NCBI GenBank assembly: GCA_050246315.1
Contig: JBFWWG010000001.1
Coordinates: 544,001 to 608,000, forward strand
Length of the DNA stretch: 64,000 bases
Direction of reading: 5' to 3'
DNA from: Nitrospiraceae bacterium
GTDB taxonomy: Bacteria > Nitrospirota > Nitrospiria > Nitrospirales > Nitrospiraceae
Positions 1-12,886 of this stretch are shown one piece after another. A program made the position numbers and the translations under genes. Every line of letters begins with the position of its first letter. Position 1 is the first letter of the stretch. The notes beneath the pieces are model-generated. The model made no database searches, was not told where the DNA came from, and worked only from the letters and a program-made list of their open reading frames with translations.

Positions 1-1926
<1,926 letters not shown>

Positions 1927-1966
1927 CCGGGATCATCAAGAGGGGACGAGGAGACAGGAGGAGGAT

Positions 1967-2539
1967 ATGAAGAGCCAAGTACGGCCCGCGCTGACTATGT
2001 TGCTCCTCCTGACTGTCTTGACGGGGCTGGTCTATCCGCTGGCGGTCACAGGGCTGGTCCAACTGTTGTTCCCAGACCAAGCGAACGGCAGCTTGATCCT
2101 GCGCGACGGCACGGTGATCGGGTCCAAGTTGATCGGACAGTTTTTTGACAAACCGGAGTATTTCTGGAGCCGGCCGTCGGCGACCGCGCCGTTTCCTTAC
2201 AATGCTGCTGCGTCGGGAGGGTCGAACCTCGGACCGACCAACCCGGCCTTCATCGAAGCGGTCCAAGCGAGAGTCGCCACCTTACGAGCCGCGGATCCGG
2301 GCAACGACCTGCCCATCCCGGTCGACCTGGTCACCGCCTCCGCGAGCGGGTTGGATCCTCACATCAGTCCGGCGGCTGCGGCTTATCAGGTGAAGCGCGT
2401 CGCACGGGCGCGTGGCTTGGATGAGGAGGCTGTGCAGCGGCTCGTGGCTGAGCACACCGATGGTCGGCAATTCGGATTGCTCGGTGAGCCGCGGGTGCAT
2501 GTGCTGTTGCTCAATCAGGCGTTGGATCAACACCGATAG
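1967..2539 (+). CDS. kdpC: K+-transporting ATPase subunit C
   Basis: GGAGG RBS before ATG 1967; N-terminal [16 protein letters not shown] and [16 protein letters not shown] motifs. Confidence 0.97.
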   Translation: MKSQVRPALTMLLLLTVLTGLVYPLAVTGLVQLLFPDQANGSLILRDGTVIGSKLIGQFFDKPEYFWSRPSATAPFPYNAAASGGSNLGPTNPAFIEAVQARVATLRAADPGNDLPIPVDLVTASASGLDPHISPAAAAYQVKRVARARGLDEEAVQRLVAEHTDGRQFGLLGEPRVHVLLLNQALDQHR

Positions 2540-2642
2540 CGCTGCTGCCGCTGGCACCATCCGTGGTTGAAGGTTCACGCCTCCTTTTCTACAATCATCC
2601 GTTGAGACTGTTCTGTCCACGCCAATCCTGATTGTCCCGCGC

Positions 2643-5345
2643 ATGACCGACAATCGACCAGACCCGGACGCGCTGCTCAAGCGCGTGCAGGACGAGGAAG
2701 CCCGTCGAGAGCGGGGCAGCCTCAAGATCTTCTTCGGCGCTAACCCCGGTGTTGGGAAGACGTATGCGATGTTGGGAGCCGCTCACGAACAACGGCGTGA
2801 AGGCATCGATGTCGTGATCGGGGTGGTCGAGACCCATGGACGGGCCGAGACCGAAGCGTTGGTCCAGGGTCTCGAAGCCATTCCCCTGCAACGTGTCGAA
2901 TACCGGGGCTCGACGCTGTCAGAATTCGATCTCGATGCCGCGCTTGCCCGCCGTCCGAGGATCATTCTGGTCGATGAGCTGGCCCATACCAACGCACCGG
3001 GCCTGCGGCATGCCAAACGATGGCAGGATGTCCAGGAGTTATTGAAGGCGGGCATCCATGTCTATGCCACGGTCAACGTGCAACACCTGGAAAGCTTGAA
3101 TGATGTCGTGCTTCAGATCACCGGCGTGCGTGTCCGTGAGACGATTCCGGATTCTGTGCTCGAACGAGCGGATGACGTCGAACTCATCGATCTTCCGCCT
3201 GACGATCTCCTGCAACGACTCCGGGACGGAAAGGTGTATGTCCCTGAGCAGATCCAGCACGCGATCCAGAATTTTTTCACCAAGGGCAACCTGATCGCGC
3301 TTCGTGAATTGGCCTTGCGGCGCACCGCCGAGCGGGTAGACCAGCAGATGGACGTCTACCGCCGGGATCATGCGGTGGTGCAAACCTGGCCGGCCGCGGA
3401 GACGATTCTTGTTTGCGTGAATATGAAGCCGCGCGGGCCTCGCCTGATACGAGCCGCCAGGCAGATGGCGGCGGGGTTGCATGCCAAATGGATCGCGGCC
3501 TATGTCCAGATTCCTCGACACCTCACGTTGCCGCAATCGGACCGGGACCGCGTCGTTCATACGCTTCGTCTCGCCGAGCAACTGGGAGCTGAGACCGTCA
3601 CGCTGACCGGGGAGGATGTGACGCAGGAGCTCTTGGCCTATGCCCGCAGCCGCAATGTCACCAAGATCATCGTCGGCAAACCCGTGCGGGCCTGGTGGAA
3701 AGAATGGCTCTTCGGGTCCGTCGTCTCCGACTTGGTTCATCGGAGCGGAGACATTGACATCTATGTCATCACCGGCGAGGCAGGAGAAGGCCGGCCGCTG
3801 GCCTCGCAAGTGATGCAGACGTCCGGTACCTGGGTGGAATACCGGCTTGCCGCCGTCGTGGTCTGTCTCGCTACGGCTGTCGCCTGGATGATGACCCCGT
3901 ATTTTGGATCGGCCAATCTCATCATGGTCTATATGATCGGCGTCGTGGTGACCGCGATCCGATATGGCCAAGGTCCCTCCGTGTTGGCCTCATTCTTGAG
4001 TGTCGCGGCATTTGATTTTTTCTTCGTGCCGCCGCTCTACTCGTTTTCGGTGTCCGATATTCAGTATCTCCTGACGTTCGGAGTTATGCTGGCCGTGGCG
4101 CTGACGGTCAGCGGATTGGCCGTCCGGATCCGCCGACAGACAGAAATGGCGCGCTATCGCGAGAAGCGGACATCGGTGCTCTATGCCATGAGCCGTGATC
4201 TCGCGACTCATCGCGGGACGGGGACGTTGGCCAATCTGGCCGCGAAGCATCTGCGCGACGTGTTCGACAGCCAGGTGGCTATTTTTCTGTCGGACTCAGA
4301 CAAACGGCTTCAATTGCAGCGCGGCGAGCAGCTCTTCTTCGAATTCGATCCCAAGGAGGCCGGGGTGGCCCAGTGGGTGTTCGAGCATAACGAGCGGGCC
4401 GGGCTCGGGAGCAATACGTTGCCGGGTTCCAACACCCTCTATTTGCCCTTGGTCGGTTCCGGGGGGTCGATCGGCGTCGTGGCCGTGCGGCCCTCACAGC
4501 CGACCAAGGTGCTCGACCCGGATCATCTGCACCTGCTGGAATCGCTGGTCAGCCAGGTTTCGCTGGCGATCGAGCGAGCCCGTCTCTCGGAGGAGGCGGA
4601 GCGAGCTCACGTGCAGGTCGAAACGGAGCGCATGCGCAACGCCATCCTCAGCTCCGTGTCGCACGATCTACGCACCCCCTTGGCCGCAATCACCGGTGCG
4701 ACCGGCAGCCTCCTGGACGAATCGGGACGGATGGAGGCCGTCACGAGGGATGAGTTGATCCGATCCATCCACCAGGAGGCCGACAGGATGGATCGGTTGG
4801 TGAAGAACCTGCTGGATATGATGCGACTCGAAGCCGGGGCCCTCCACCTGAACAAGGATTGGCATCCCTTGGAGGAGGTGGTCGGGTCCGCGTTGGCCCG
4901 AATGGAGCGGCGCTTGTCCGGGCATCGCGTGGCGGTCTCGTTTCCCGCCGATCTGCCGCTCCTGTTCGTGGACGGAGTCCTCCTTCAGCAGGTCGTGATC
5001 AATTTACTGGAGAACGCGGCCAAGTATGCCCCCGCCGGCAGCACCATCGAGCTGTCCGCGTCGGCTAAGGAGCGAGAAGTCTTCGTTGAGGTTGCGGACC
5101 GTGGGTCGGGCTTGCCGCCCGGCGAAGAGGGCCGCGTCTTCGATGAGTTTTACCGGGCTAAACAGACGGGAGACGGAGGGGTCGGACTGGGCCTAACCAT
5201 TTGCCGAGGCATTATCGAAGCCCACGGAGGGAGGATCTGGGCGGAGAATCGCGGCGGCGGCGGTGCGCGATTCCGTTTCGCGATCCCGTTGCCCGAACGC
5301 CAGCCCGTCGTGCCCGCGGATCAGATGGAACCTCGATCGGCCTGA
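2643..5345 (+). CDS. kdpD: Osmosensitive K+ sensor histidine kinase
   Basis: [19 protein letters not shown]-like domain, 4 TM helices, [12 protein letters not shown]-box, HATPase. Confidence 0.97.
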   Translation: MTDNRPDPDALLKRVQDEEARRERGSLKIFFGANPGVGKTYAMLGAAHEQRREGIDVVIGVVETHGRAETEALVQGLEAIPLQRVEYRGSTLSEFDLDAALARRPRIILVDELAHTNAPGLRHAKRWQDVQELLKAGIHVYATVNVQHLESLNDVVLQITGVRVRETIPDSVLERADDVELIDLPPDDLLQRLRDGKVYVPEQIQHAIQNFFTKGNLIALRELALRRTAERVDQQMDVYRRDHAVVQTWPAAETILVCVNMKPRGPRLIRAARQMAAGLHAKWIAAYVQIPRHLTLPQSDRDRVVHTLRLAEQLGAETVTLTGEDVTQELLAYARSRNVTKIIVGKPVRAWWKEWLFGSVVSDLVHRSGDIDIYVITGEAGEGRPLASQVMQTSGTWVEYRLAAVVVCLATAVAWMMTPYFGSANLIMVYMIGVVVTAIRYGQGPSVLASFLSVAAFDFFFVPPLYSFSVSDIQYLLTFGVMLAVALTVSGLAVRIRRQTEMARYREKRTSVLYAMSRDLATHRGTGTLANLAAKHLRDVFDSQVAIFLSDSDKRLQLQRGEQLFFEFDPKEAGVAQWVFEHNERAGLGSNTLPGSNTLYLPLVGSGGSIGVVAVRPSQPTKVLDPDHLHLLESLVSQVSLAIERARLSEEAERAHVQVETERMRNAILSSVSHDLRTPLAAITGATGSLLDESGRMEAVTRDELIRSIHQEADRMDRLVKNLLDMMRLEAGALHLNKDWHPLEEVVGSALARMERRLSGHRVAVSFPADLPLLFVDGVLLQQVVINLLENAAKYAPAGSTIELSASAKEREVFVEVADRGSGLPPGEEGRVFDEFYRAKQTGDGGVGLGLTICRGIIEAHGGRIWAENRGGGGARFRFAIPLPERQPVVPADQMEPRSA

Positions 5346-5397
5346 CCATGGGCCGACAGAAGGCTGATGAATGAGTGAGGGACGGGTAGAGGATCAA

Positions 5398-6096
5398 ATG
5401 TCCGGGCATGAGGCGATGCTCCTTGTGATCGAGGACGAGCCGGAGATTCGCCGGTTCCTGCGCGCCTCGCTGCCGGCGCACGGCTATCGGCTGCACGAGG
5501 CGACTACCGGGCGGGACGGCCTAGCCGAGGCGAAAGCGCGCAATCCCGATCTGATCCTACTCGATCTGGGCCTTCCGGATTTGGATGGGACCGAAGTGAT
5601 CCGACAGATCCGAGAGTGGTCCGCGATGCCGATCATCGTCCTGTCGGCCCGCGATCAAGAACACGTCAAGGTCGCCGCACTCGACCTCGGCGCCGACGAC
5701 TATGTCACGAAGCCGTTCGGACTCTCCGAGCTGCTGGCCCGCCTCCGGACGGCGCTTCGGCATGCGCGCCGCCCTAGCGAGGGGACGCCGGAACCGGTCT
5801 TTCTGATCGGCGACTTGTCCGTCGATCTGGAACGACGCCTGGTGCGGAAGAAGGACCAAGAGATCCGATTGACGGCGACCGAATACAAGCTCCTCACGAC
5901 GTTGATCAAGCATGCCGGAAAAGTGCTGACGCATCGTCAGTTGCTGAAAGAAGTCTGGGGGCCGTTGCACGTCGAAGCGGCGCACTATCTGCGCGTCTAT
6001 ATGCGGCAACTTCGTAACAAGTTAGAGACCAACCCCGCCCATCCGCGGCATCTAGTGACGGAGGTCGGCGTCGGGTATCGGCTGCGCGTTGAGTAG
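5398..6096 (+). CDS. kdpE: Response regulator KdpE (OmpR family)
   Basis: Receiver (LLDLGLPDLDG, GADDYVTKPF) plus winged helix (HYLRVYMRQLRNKLE); directly after kdpD; alternative start at 5371. Confidence 0.95.
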   Translation: MSGHEAMLLVIEDEPEIRRFLRASLPAHGYRLHEATTGRDGLAEAKARNPDLILLDLGLPDLDGTEVIRQIREWSAMPIIVLSARDQEHVKVAALDLGADDYVTKPFGLSELLARLRTALRHARRPSEGTPEPVFLIGDLSVDLERRLVRKKDQEIRLTATEYKLLTTLIKHAGKVLTHRQLLKEVWGPLHVEAAHYLRVYMRQLRNKLETNPAHPRHLVTEVGVGYRLRVE

Positions 6097-6117
6097 CCCT
6101 CCGTCATACTGACGCTC

Positions 6118-6244
6118 GCCCGCTGCGAAAAAACCCTCTCTTCAGCCGTCGAAGGTCTCAGGACGAACGGAGCGGTCATCGAATATACTGATGTTCTCCG
6201 ATCGTGCTGAGCGATGCACCCAATCGAGTCCTCCGCTACTTGCC
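6118..6244. repeat. Degenerate copy of ~138-bp dispersed repeat (family B)
   Basis: Shares CTCAGGACGAACGGAGCGGTCAT..GAATA..CTG..GTT.TCCGATCGTGCTGAGC with copies at 22584, 47402 and 49124. Confidence 0.8.
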
Positions 6245-6297
6245 GGGAGCCGTTCGTCCCTGTTCCGACGAGGTGCGCGCTCGTCATGACCAGGAGG

Positions 6298-7509
6298 CTA
6301 GGGTGAATCAAACGTCCCGATGACCGAGAACAGCACGAGGTTCTGTCCGGGGGCCAGGGTGTTGTCGGTTCCCTTGAAGAATCCACCTCCCGATCCGGTT
6401 GACTCATCGTGCCGGTATTCCAGCCGGAAGATCGTATTCGTCCATTTATAGGGAAGGCGATACTGCAGCGTGGTCGTCACGGCTTTGACGAACTGCTCGG
6501 ACCCCGTGATGAGGCCGCTCGCGTCTGAGTAGAATTCGGGTCGGAACGCCACGCTCCACGGACCGGCGATATGCCACCGCATGGTCAGGTCTCCTCCGGT
6601 GAAGACTTCACGCCGATGGCCGGTCACGGAGGCATTTCTTTGGGTTCCCACCTGGTAATCGAGTGCCACGCTCACACGGTCGCTTTTCCATTCGATGATC
6701 GTATCGGAGAACAGCCGCCAGAATTCCAATCCCGTGTCGGCCTGATCGGGTCCGTAATAGAGGGTCTGTTTGATCGTCCAGGAGGAGGCGGGGGTGTACG
6801 TGACCTGGCCTCCATAGCTGGGGAGGCTGTTCGCCTTTGACAGGTGAAAGTATCCGTTGATGATGAAGAATGCGCCGGTCCACCGGTCGTTGAATGGATA
6901 GACCGCGTTGACGCCGAACATAAGATAGGGCGAGTAGTCGGCCATCCACGCCCTGGTGTAGGTAGCATTGTCCTTTGCATACAGCGATTCATAGCCGATG
7001 AAACTGTTGAAGAGCCCTCCTTGTAGCGTGAGGCCATTGCCGACCGGCGCGAGGTAGGAGACGTTCGCACGGCCGAAGTGTCGCCAGACATCGGCGTGCT
7101 GCACTGGCGGCAACCCGACCTCGAACCCGAACGCTTTAGAGTCCTCGCCCGCCTGTACTAATAGTTCGGTTCCCCAGCGAGAGGCAATCGTCGCATCTTT
7201 TTTGACATAGGCGGCCCCCATGTTGATCTCGAGATCATTCACCCGCGGCGTGGTCCCCCGACTCCGCCAGAGGTGATTGCCGGGGAAATTGCTGTCGAGC
7301 CCATAGGCGAAATCGAGGAACCCTCCGTAGTGCCAGAGCGACGTTTCGGGCTTCGGCGCGTCAGATCGCGACTCCGCAGGCGTGCCGGTGTTTGAAGGGA
7401 CGTTCTCCGATGGCCGAGGGAGTGCTTCCTCGGCTGCCGCATGGACCGGACTGATCGAGACACACAACCATGCGATCAGGATGAGCGCCCGAATAAATGT
7501 CCGGCTCAT
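6298..7509 (-). CDS. Outer-membrane beta-barrel porin (bbp2/OmpL-like)
   Basis: Signal peptide, aromatic-rich beta-strands, FNSFIGYES and YTRAWMADYSPY motifs, terminal FDSP; paralog of 7709-8950. Confidence 0.8.
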   Translation of the reverse strand: MSRTFIRALILIAWLCVSISPVHAAAEEALPRPSENVPSNTGTPAESRSDAPKPETSLWHYGGFLDFAYGLDSNFPGNHLWRSRGTTPRVNDLEINMGAAYVKKDATIASRWGTELLVQAGEDSKAFGFEVGLPPVQHADVWRHFGRANVSYLAPVGNGLTLQGGLFNSFIGYESLYAKDNATYTRAWMADYSPYLMFGVNAVYPFNDRWTGAFFIINGYFHLSKANSLPSYGGQVTYTPASSWTIKQTLYYGPDQADTGLEFWRLFSDTIIEWKSDRVSVALDYQVGTQRNASVTGHRREVFTGGDLTMRWHIAGPWSVAFRPEFYSDASGLITGSEQFVKAVTTTLQYRLPYKWTNTIFRLEYRHDESTGSGGGFFKGTDNTLAPGQNLVLFSVIGTFDSP

Positions 7510-7595
7510 GCGAACGGAGTCTCCTTGTCGAAGGTGACGATGCTCTTCGATCGATGACCGGTATTCCTTCCCCGACAAAGAGTGGCGCATTATCT

Positions 7596-7644
7596 ATTAA
7601 AATGGGGTAAAAAGGCGATGCAATCGCATCAAGAGGTCATCAAA
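7596..7644. promoter_or_regulatory. Putative phased response-regulator boxes (KdpE-like) between the divergent porins
   Basis: ATTAAA/GTAAAA and ATCAAG/ATCAAA pairs at 11-bp spacing in an AT-rich spacer; regulator identity inferred from proximity only. Confidence 0.3.
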
Positions 7645-7708
7645 CCGGAAGAGAGTTGATGAGAGTTCTGAATACCTTGAGGAAGACACCTCTTCAGACT
7701 AAGCCGGC

Positions 7709-8950
7709 GTGATCGAGCAAAAAGGCAAGACAGCAGATCTGCCGGTATTCGGCCTCTTCCAAGTCTGGCTGGTTGCGTTGTTCTTGGCAGTGAATAGTCC
7801 TCCTGCCTGTGCGCAAGAGCCTCCGCCGACGCCGGTCATCCCGCCGGAGGTGTCAGGCTCCAAACAAGAGCACGCGACGAGATCGCTCTGGCGCTACGGC
7901 GCCTACCTCGATCTGAGTTATGCGATCGACTTTAATTTCCCCGAGAATCATCTCTGGCGCAGCAAGGTCACGACGCAGCGCGTCAACGAGTTGAACCTCA
8001 ATATGGCGCTCGCTTACGTCAGGAAGGATGCGAACGACGCGTCGCGTTGGGGAATGGAATTGGCGCTCCAGACAGGCAGGGACGTCAAAGGACAAGTCCC
8101 CAATGCCAGTCTTAGGCACGGAGACCCCTATTCCGGTTCCGATACTTTCACCCACTTTTCCCGGGCCAACGTGTCGTATCTGGCGCCGGTCGGCAATGGT
8201 TTGACGGTCACCGCCGGCCTGATGAACAGCTTTATCGGTTACGAGTCGTTTTACGCCAAAGACAACCTGGCCTACACCAGATCGTATCTGGCGGACAACT
8301 CTCCCTATTTCATGTTCGGAATTGCTGCGCAATACCAGTGGAATGATGCGGTCAAGAGCGTGTTCTACGTGATCAATCGATATAACTATCTCTCGTATCC
8401 CAACAATCTTCCGAGTTACGGGACCCAGGTGAGTTGGAAGGTCTTGCCGGACGTCACGTTCACGCAGAACCTCTATTATGGGCCGGACCAATCAAATACC
8501 GACCTCCAGTATTGGCGCTTCTTCTCCGACAGTATCCTGGAGTGGAAACGCGACCAACTTACCCTGGCCTTTGTCTATGATGTCGGGACAGAGAGGGCGA
8601 TCCCTCAGGCCGGCGGCGAACGGACCTTTTGGACCGGGAGCGCGATTCATTCTCAGTGGCGATTCACCAAAGCCTGGGCGATTGCCGTTCGGCCCGAGGT
8701 GTACTACGATCCGGACGGCACCCTCACAGGCGCCAAGCAATTGATCAAGGCAGTCACCACCACACTGGAATACAGGTTGCTCTACGCCTGGACGACGACG
8801 CTGTTTCGTCTTGAGTACCGGTTCGATCATTCCACGGGGTCGCAGGGCGGTTTCTTCACGGGAGGGGAAGTCGCCCCGGGCGTGATCGGACTGACCCCGT
8901 CACAAAATCTGCTGTTCTTCTCGATCCTTTGGAGTTTTGATTCCCGTTAG
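7709..8950 (+). CDS. Outer-membrane beta-barrel porin (bbp2/OmpL-like), second paralog
   Basis: Same motifs as 6298-7509 ([35 protein letters not shown]); terminal WSFDSR. Confidence 0.8.
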   Translation: MIEQKGKTADLPVFGLFQVWLVALFLAVNSPPACAQEPPPTPVIPPEVSGSKQEHATRSLWRYGAYLDLSYAIDFNFPENHLWRSKVTTQRVNELNLNMALAYVRKDANDASRWGMELALQTGRDVKGQVPNASLRHGDPYSGSDTFTHFSRANVSYLAPVGNGLTVTAGLMNSFIGYESFYAKDNLAYTRSYLADNSPYFMFGIAAQYQWNDAVKSVFYVINRYNYLSYPNNLPSYGTQVSWKVLPDVTFTQNLYYGPDQSNTDLQYWRFFSDSILEWKRDQLTLAFVYDVGTERAIPQAGGERTFWTGSAIHSQWRFTKAWAIAVRPEVYYDPDGTLTGAKQLIKAVTTTLEYRLLYAWTTTLFRLEYRFDHSTGSQGGFFTGGEVAPGVIGLTPSQNLLFFSILWSFDSR

Positions 8951-9861
8951 TGTGGAGGAACGCGCAGCGTGGTGTCGGACAATTCTTCGAGGGCGAGCAG
9001 CAGCGCCTGCGTCCCGCACCGGCCATGGCCTTGCGCCTCCAGCGATCGATAGAGTCGATGCGCCAAGGCCAGGCCGGGCAGGTCGAGACCCATGCGCCGG
9101 CTTTCCTCCAGTGCGATCCCCAGGTCTTTCACGAAGTGCTCCACGAAGAATCCCGGGTCGAAGTTGCGCGCCAACATGCGGGGCGCCAGATGGTCGAGCG
9201 TCCAACAGGCGGCGGCTCCGCCGCTGATGGATTCCAGCATGCGCGGAAGGTCCAGCCCGGCCTTGTAGCCGTACAGGAGGCTTTCGCAGACCCCGATCAT
9301 GGAGGACGCAATGACGATCTGGTTGCAGAGCTTCGTGTGTTGGCCGGCACCGGGGCCTCCCTGGTGACGGACCCTGTTGCCCATCAGCATGAAGAGCGGC
9401 ATCAGCCTGTCCACGGCTGTCTGATCGCCGCCGACCATGATTGAGAGGGTCGCCTGGCGGGCTCCTACGTCCCCACCCGACACGGGCGCATCCAATGCCG
9501 TCCCGCCGCTGGCCTGTGCGGCCGCAGCAATCTCTTCTGAGAGATGCGGCTCGGTCGTCGTCATGTCCACCAGGACCATGCCGGCTCTCGTGCCGGCGAG
9601 AATTCCATCCTCGCCGAAGTACACCGCGCGCACGTCTTGAGGAAAGCCGACCATCGTGAACAGCACCTCGGACTGCTCCGCAACAGCTCTCGGAGAGTCG
9701 GCCCAACAGGCCCCTCGCTCGATCAATTCCTGCGCCTTGGCTTTGGTCCTGGTGAACAGATGGATCTTATAGTCGTTCGCCAGGAGATGACCGCACATCG
9801 AAGCTCCCATGACACCGGTGCCGATCCATCCAAGGTTGATGGGCCGGTTGCTCCTATCCAT
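8947..9861 (-). CDS. NAD(P)-dependent beta-hydroxyacid dehydrogenase (3-hydroxyisobutyrate dehydrogenase / tartronate semialdehyde reductase family)
   Basis: GWIGTGVMG Rossmann motif, [22 protein letters not shown]. Confidence 0.9.
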   Translation of the reverse strand: MDRSNRPINLGWIGTGVMGASMCGHLLANDYKIHLFTRTKAKAQELIERGACWADSPRAVAEQSEVLFTMVGFPQDVRAVYFGEDGILAGTRAGMVLVDMTTTEPHLSEEIAAAAQASGGTALDAPVSGGDVGARQATLSIMVGGDQTAVDRLMPLFMLMGNRVRHQGGPGAGQHTKLCNQIVIASSMIGVCESLLYGYKAGLDLPRMLESISGGAAACWTLDHLAPRMLARNFDPGFFVEHFVKDLGIALEESRRMGLDLPGLALAHRLYRSLEAQGHGRCGTQALLLALEELSDTTLRVPPH

Positions 9862-9885
9862 GACCGATCCTTTCGTCTGGAACCG

Positions 9886-10150
9886 GCAGGATGTTGGAGA
9901 AGTCCGCCAGCCGGGTACCCGCCTGGCGGGTGATCGCGTCGCTCAGAGGCTCAACGTACGAGAAAGAGTACGATTCCCCTCTTCGCTCGCTGCGGCCGCG
10001 CCCGAGGAAAAGTGCGTCCCGGCGCACCGGGGTTGGGCGGGTGAGAATGTCGGCCTTTTTGAACATCCTGCACCGGGTTCTGAGATGATTGGTGACCGCT
10101 CGCTGTATCGCATTTCACCCGTACTCGAATGGTTTTCAACAGCCTGCTAG
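9886..10150. mobile_element. Non-autonomous repeat (family A) with GCAGGATGTT...AACATCCTGC inverted ends, plus an extra TTTTCAACAGCCTGCTAG end
   Basis: Perfect 10-bp inverted ends at 9886-9895 and 10062-10071; shortened relative at 44170-44236. Confidence 0.7.
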
Positions 10151-10278
10151 TGTTGTGTCCCGTAAGTTTCGGTAATAACCCGTTCGCCCTGAGCGTGTCG
10201 AAGGGCGCCCACTTTCAACGCGTTCCGTTCATGGTTCGACAGGCTCACCACGAACGAACTTCTGCGATGCACCACTAG
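10147..10278. mobile_element. MITE-like element (CTAGTG...CACTAG) carrying an inverted pair of REP-like units
   Basis: Imperfect terminal IR (16/22); internal CGTTCGCCCTGAGCGTGTCGAA inverted against TTCGACAGGCTCACCACGAACG. Confidence 0.7.
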
Positions 10279-10460
10279 AAGGGCCTGCTCAGCTATCGGC
10301 CACAAGGACGACGGAAGAGAGATTTTACTCCGAGCCTGCCGAACGGCGTCGTAGAATACAGCCTTCCGGTAGCGGGAGGCCAGCCCGGAGACCGCCCGGA
10401 CTTCCGCATCCTCGATCCTGTGCCACGATCCTGCCGCCCTGACTCCTCGGTTGGGGCAGA

Positions 10461-10982
10461 ATGGAGATTATGGAGGCGCGAGACTTTTACATCGAACGCG
10501 GACCGAAGGGACTCGGAGTCTATGCGGGTCGGACGATCTCGCCGGGTGAGCGGATCCTCACGTTCAGCGGTCCGCTGATCGACTTTCTGGGGACCTTGGC
10601 GCTGGGGGAACGCGAGGGAGATGCGCTGCAGATCGGCCTGGATCAGTACATCCATCTCGATCAACCGGGCCGGTTCGTGAATCACTCCTGCCGTCCGAAC
10701 GCAGGCATCGTCGAGGATCGCGTCCTGGTGGCGCTAGTACCGATCTTTCCCGGTAACGAAATTTGCTACGACTATTCCACCACGATGAAGGAAGACCATT
10801 GGATCATGGCCTGTCAGTGCGGCAGCGCCGCCTGCCGGCGCGAGATCCGTGACTTTACCACCCTGCCCTTGGATGTGCAGCAACGGTATCTTGCGCAGGG
10901 AATCGTTCAGCGATTCTTGACGCGACACCCGGCGACGGTGCCCCATGCCCTGCCTCTGTCTGTTCTGGAAGCGTCGAGCTGA
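10461..10982 (+). CDS. SET-domain protein-lysine methyltransferase-like protein
   Basis: GLGVYA, RFVNHSCRPN, EICYDY, post-SET CQCGSAAC. Confidence 0.9.
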   Translation: MEIMEARDFYIERGPKGLGVYAGRTISPGERILTFSGPLIDFLGTLALGEREGDALQIGLDQYIHLDQPGRFVNHSCRPNAGIVEDRVLVALVPIFPGNEICYDYSTTMKEDHWIMACQCGSAACRREIRDFTTLPLDVQQRYLAQGIVQRFLTRHPATVPHALPLSVLEASS

Positions 10983-11212
10983 TTGTCGCGCGTCCTGCAC
11001 ACCTGTTCCGCCCATCACCGGGTTCCCCTGCCTCGCGGCCTATCTTGGGAGACGTTCGTACTGACAACCGTCTCTTTCTCGCGGCTCAAGGAAACGTTGC
11101 AGCAGGTATTGGAGGCTCTGATCGTGGCGGGCGTGGAAGCGGAGCTCAACCGATCGCGGCCGGCCGAAATGCAAGGTCGTCGATAGGCCTCGGCAAGGAG
11201 ATCGAGCCGACC

Positions 11213-12727
11213 TTACCCATCGGCTTCTCGCGCCACGGCCGGCGACTCCTCGGTTATCCTGTCGTCCGCTTCCGGGGCGGCCTGCTCGAAATAGTCTTTC
11301 ACCGCCACCATCGCCCAGCAATCGTCTTCGTTGTATTGAAGAATCCGAGTCAGCGCCGCCTCGTTGGATGGATTGGCCAGGTATTCGTTGTACCAGGCGA
11401 TCGAGTTGGCGCCGGAGGGGTCCGGGTCGCGCCACTTAAAGCCGATCAGCTTGGCGATCTGCTTGATGCCGTAGGAATAGGTCGGCCAATCCGAGTATTC
11501 CACGATCAGGTCGTGATAGAGGTCGAACTCCCGTGCTTCATACGTAGCGAATGGGGCCGGGTCGAGTTGATACTTGTCCATCAAGTGTTTGAGCGTGGTC
11601 CGCTCCTTCGGCGAGTAGACGTAATAGACGTCGTCCTCGGCGCAGGCGAGGAAAGCCCAAAATGCCCGCACCGTCGTTTCTTCCTCTTCAGGCATTCTCG
11701 CCACAAAGTACTGAAACTTCGGGCGGCCCGCGCCTTCCTTGATCAGGAGTCCGAAGAGATAGGTCAATCCCTGCGTGGGGTCGTCCTCGATGTCGAAATA
11801 CACTTCGCGTCGACGTTGAGGAAACCTGTACCCGGCCCTGATCAATGGCAGCCCCGAGAGGCGAACCTGCGCCCGTGTTTTCATCCGTTGCAACGTGGCG
11901 GCGCCCATGCGAGGAATCTTCTTGGGAGGCTTCGTGTAGGCGGGCACATCCATGACGGCGATGTCTTCGATCGTACAGAGCCCGGCCGCTTTGAGCGCGA
12001 ACTTTTGCTTGCCGATGAAGAAGAGACCGGTGGGGTCAGAGGTCTGGGTCACCCATCGTTCGCAATGTTTGAACCAGGGGCACAACTGACAGTGGCTGCC
12101 CAAGACCGGCTCGGACGTCTCCCGCCCGGCGACGAGTCGGCGGGCCTGTTGGAGCGCGCTGTCGAATTCCTGCTGATAGTCCTGCGGATCGAACTCTTCG
12201 GTTTCCTCATCCACGTTGATGATGTGGGCGGTGGAAGGCAACGCCCCTTGAATCTTCTGGAGCAGCAGCCGGTAGAACAGCATCTGATAGGCATAGTGAA
12301 TCTTGAATTTTGTTTTCTTCCCGTCGCGCTCCTCCCAACCCTTGCCGGCTTTGATGTCGATGGGGTCGTAGAGGTATGGGCCGAGACGAGACGATCCGGA
12401 CTGTCTCATGAGCAGGTCCGGGCGTCCGACCAGGTCGCCGTCGATGAGGCAGCCCTGGTAAATCAGGGGCGCGCCCTCCCGCATGAGGCGTGTCGTTTCG
12501 TCACAGGCTACTTCAAGAGGCAGGGAAAGGAGATCGGCGACCGGCTGGTCGCCCAGCGCGGCAATGTAAGCGCGCTCGGTCTGCAGGCCCAGTTCCCATA
12601 GCAGCTTCACGAACGGGCTGACCTCGCTCTTCTCTTTCGGATCGCCGTTGGCGTCGAGGTACACCCGATGCGCACACTTCGTCAGGTTATAGAGGTCGTT
12701 GGCGGTGATGGTTCGAGAACGGCTCAT
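11213..12727 (-). CDS. TM0106-family RecB-like nuclease with C-terminal RNase H-like domain
   Basis: GRPDLL..DIK PD-(D/E)xK core; N-terminal Cys plus CQLCPWFKHC; YFDIE and YNEDDC exonuclease-fold motifs. Confidence 0.8.
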   Translation of the reverse strand: MSRSRTITANDLYNLTKCAHRVYLDANGDPKEKSEVSPFVKLLWELGLQTERAYIAALGDQPVADLLSLPLEVACDETTRLMREGAPLIYQGCLIDGDLVGRPDLLMRQSGSSRLGPYLYDPIDIKAGKGWEERDGKKTKFKIHYAYQMLFYRLLLQKIQGALPSTAHIINVDEETEEFDPQDYQQEFDSALQQARRLVAGRETSEPVLGSHCQLCPWFKHCERWVTQTSDPTGLFFIGKQKFALKAAGLCTIEDIAVMDVPAYTKPPKKIPRMGAATLQRMKTRAQVRLSGLPLIRAGYRFPQRRREVYFDIEDDPTQGLTYLFGLLIKEGAGRPKFQYFVARMPEEEETTVRAFWAFLACAEDDVYYVYSPKERTTLKHLMDKYQLDPAPFATYEAREFDLYHDLIVEYSDWPTYSYGIKQIAKLIGFKWRDPDPSGANSIAWYNEYLANPSNEAALTRILQYNEDDCWAMVAVKDYFEQAAPEADDRITEESPAVAREADG

Positions 12728-12842
12728 GGGTGGCCGAGATAGACGGTACCATAGCGCGAGGGACGGCTCCAGTAGGTCAACTGGAGGCGCGCGGGGAGGG
12801 CGCGCGCGATTCCGTGAAGGCGGATGGATCAGTCAGCGCGAT

Positions 12843-12879
12843 CCACGGAGGCCAAGTCCTGGAGACTCGGCCTCCGTGG
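12843..12879 (-). terminator. Strong hairpin just downstream of the multicopper oxidase gene
   Basis: CCACGGAGGCCAAGTC / GACTCGGCCTCCGTGG 16-bp stem a few nt after the stop codon; no U-tract. Confidence 0.55.
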
Positions 12880-12886
12880 TAGGAAT

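Noticed and set aside
9809..10150. Several short ORFs over repeats (also at 47194-47532, 48730-49188 and 5997-6407, which share MTAPFVLRPS)
   Set aside because: Translations of dispersed non-coding repeats, not a protein family
11045..12601. 518-aa plus-strand ORF
   Set aside because: Antisense shadow of the TM0106-type nuclease; no motifs; expected from GC-rich codon bias
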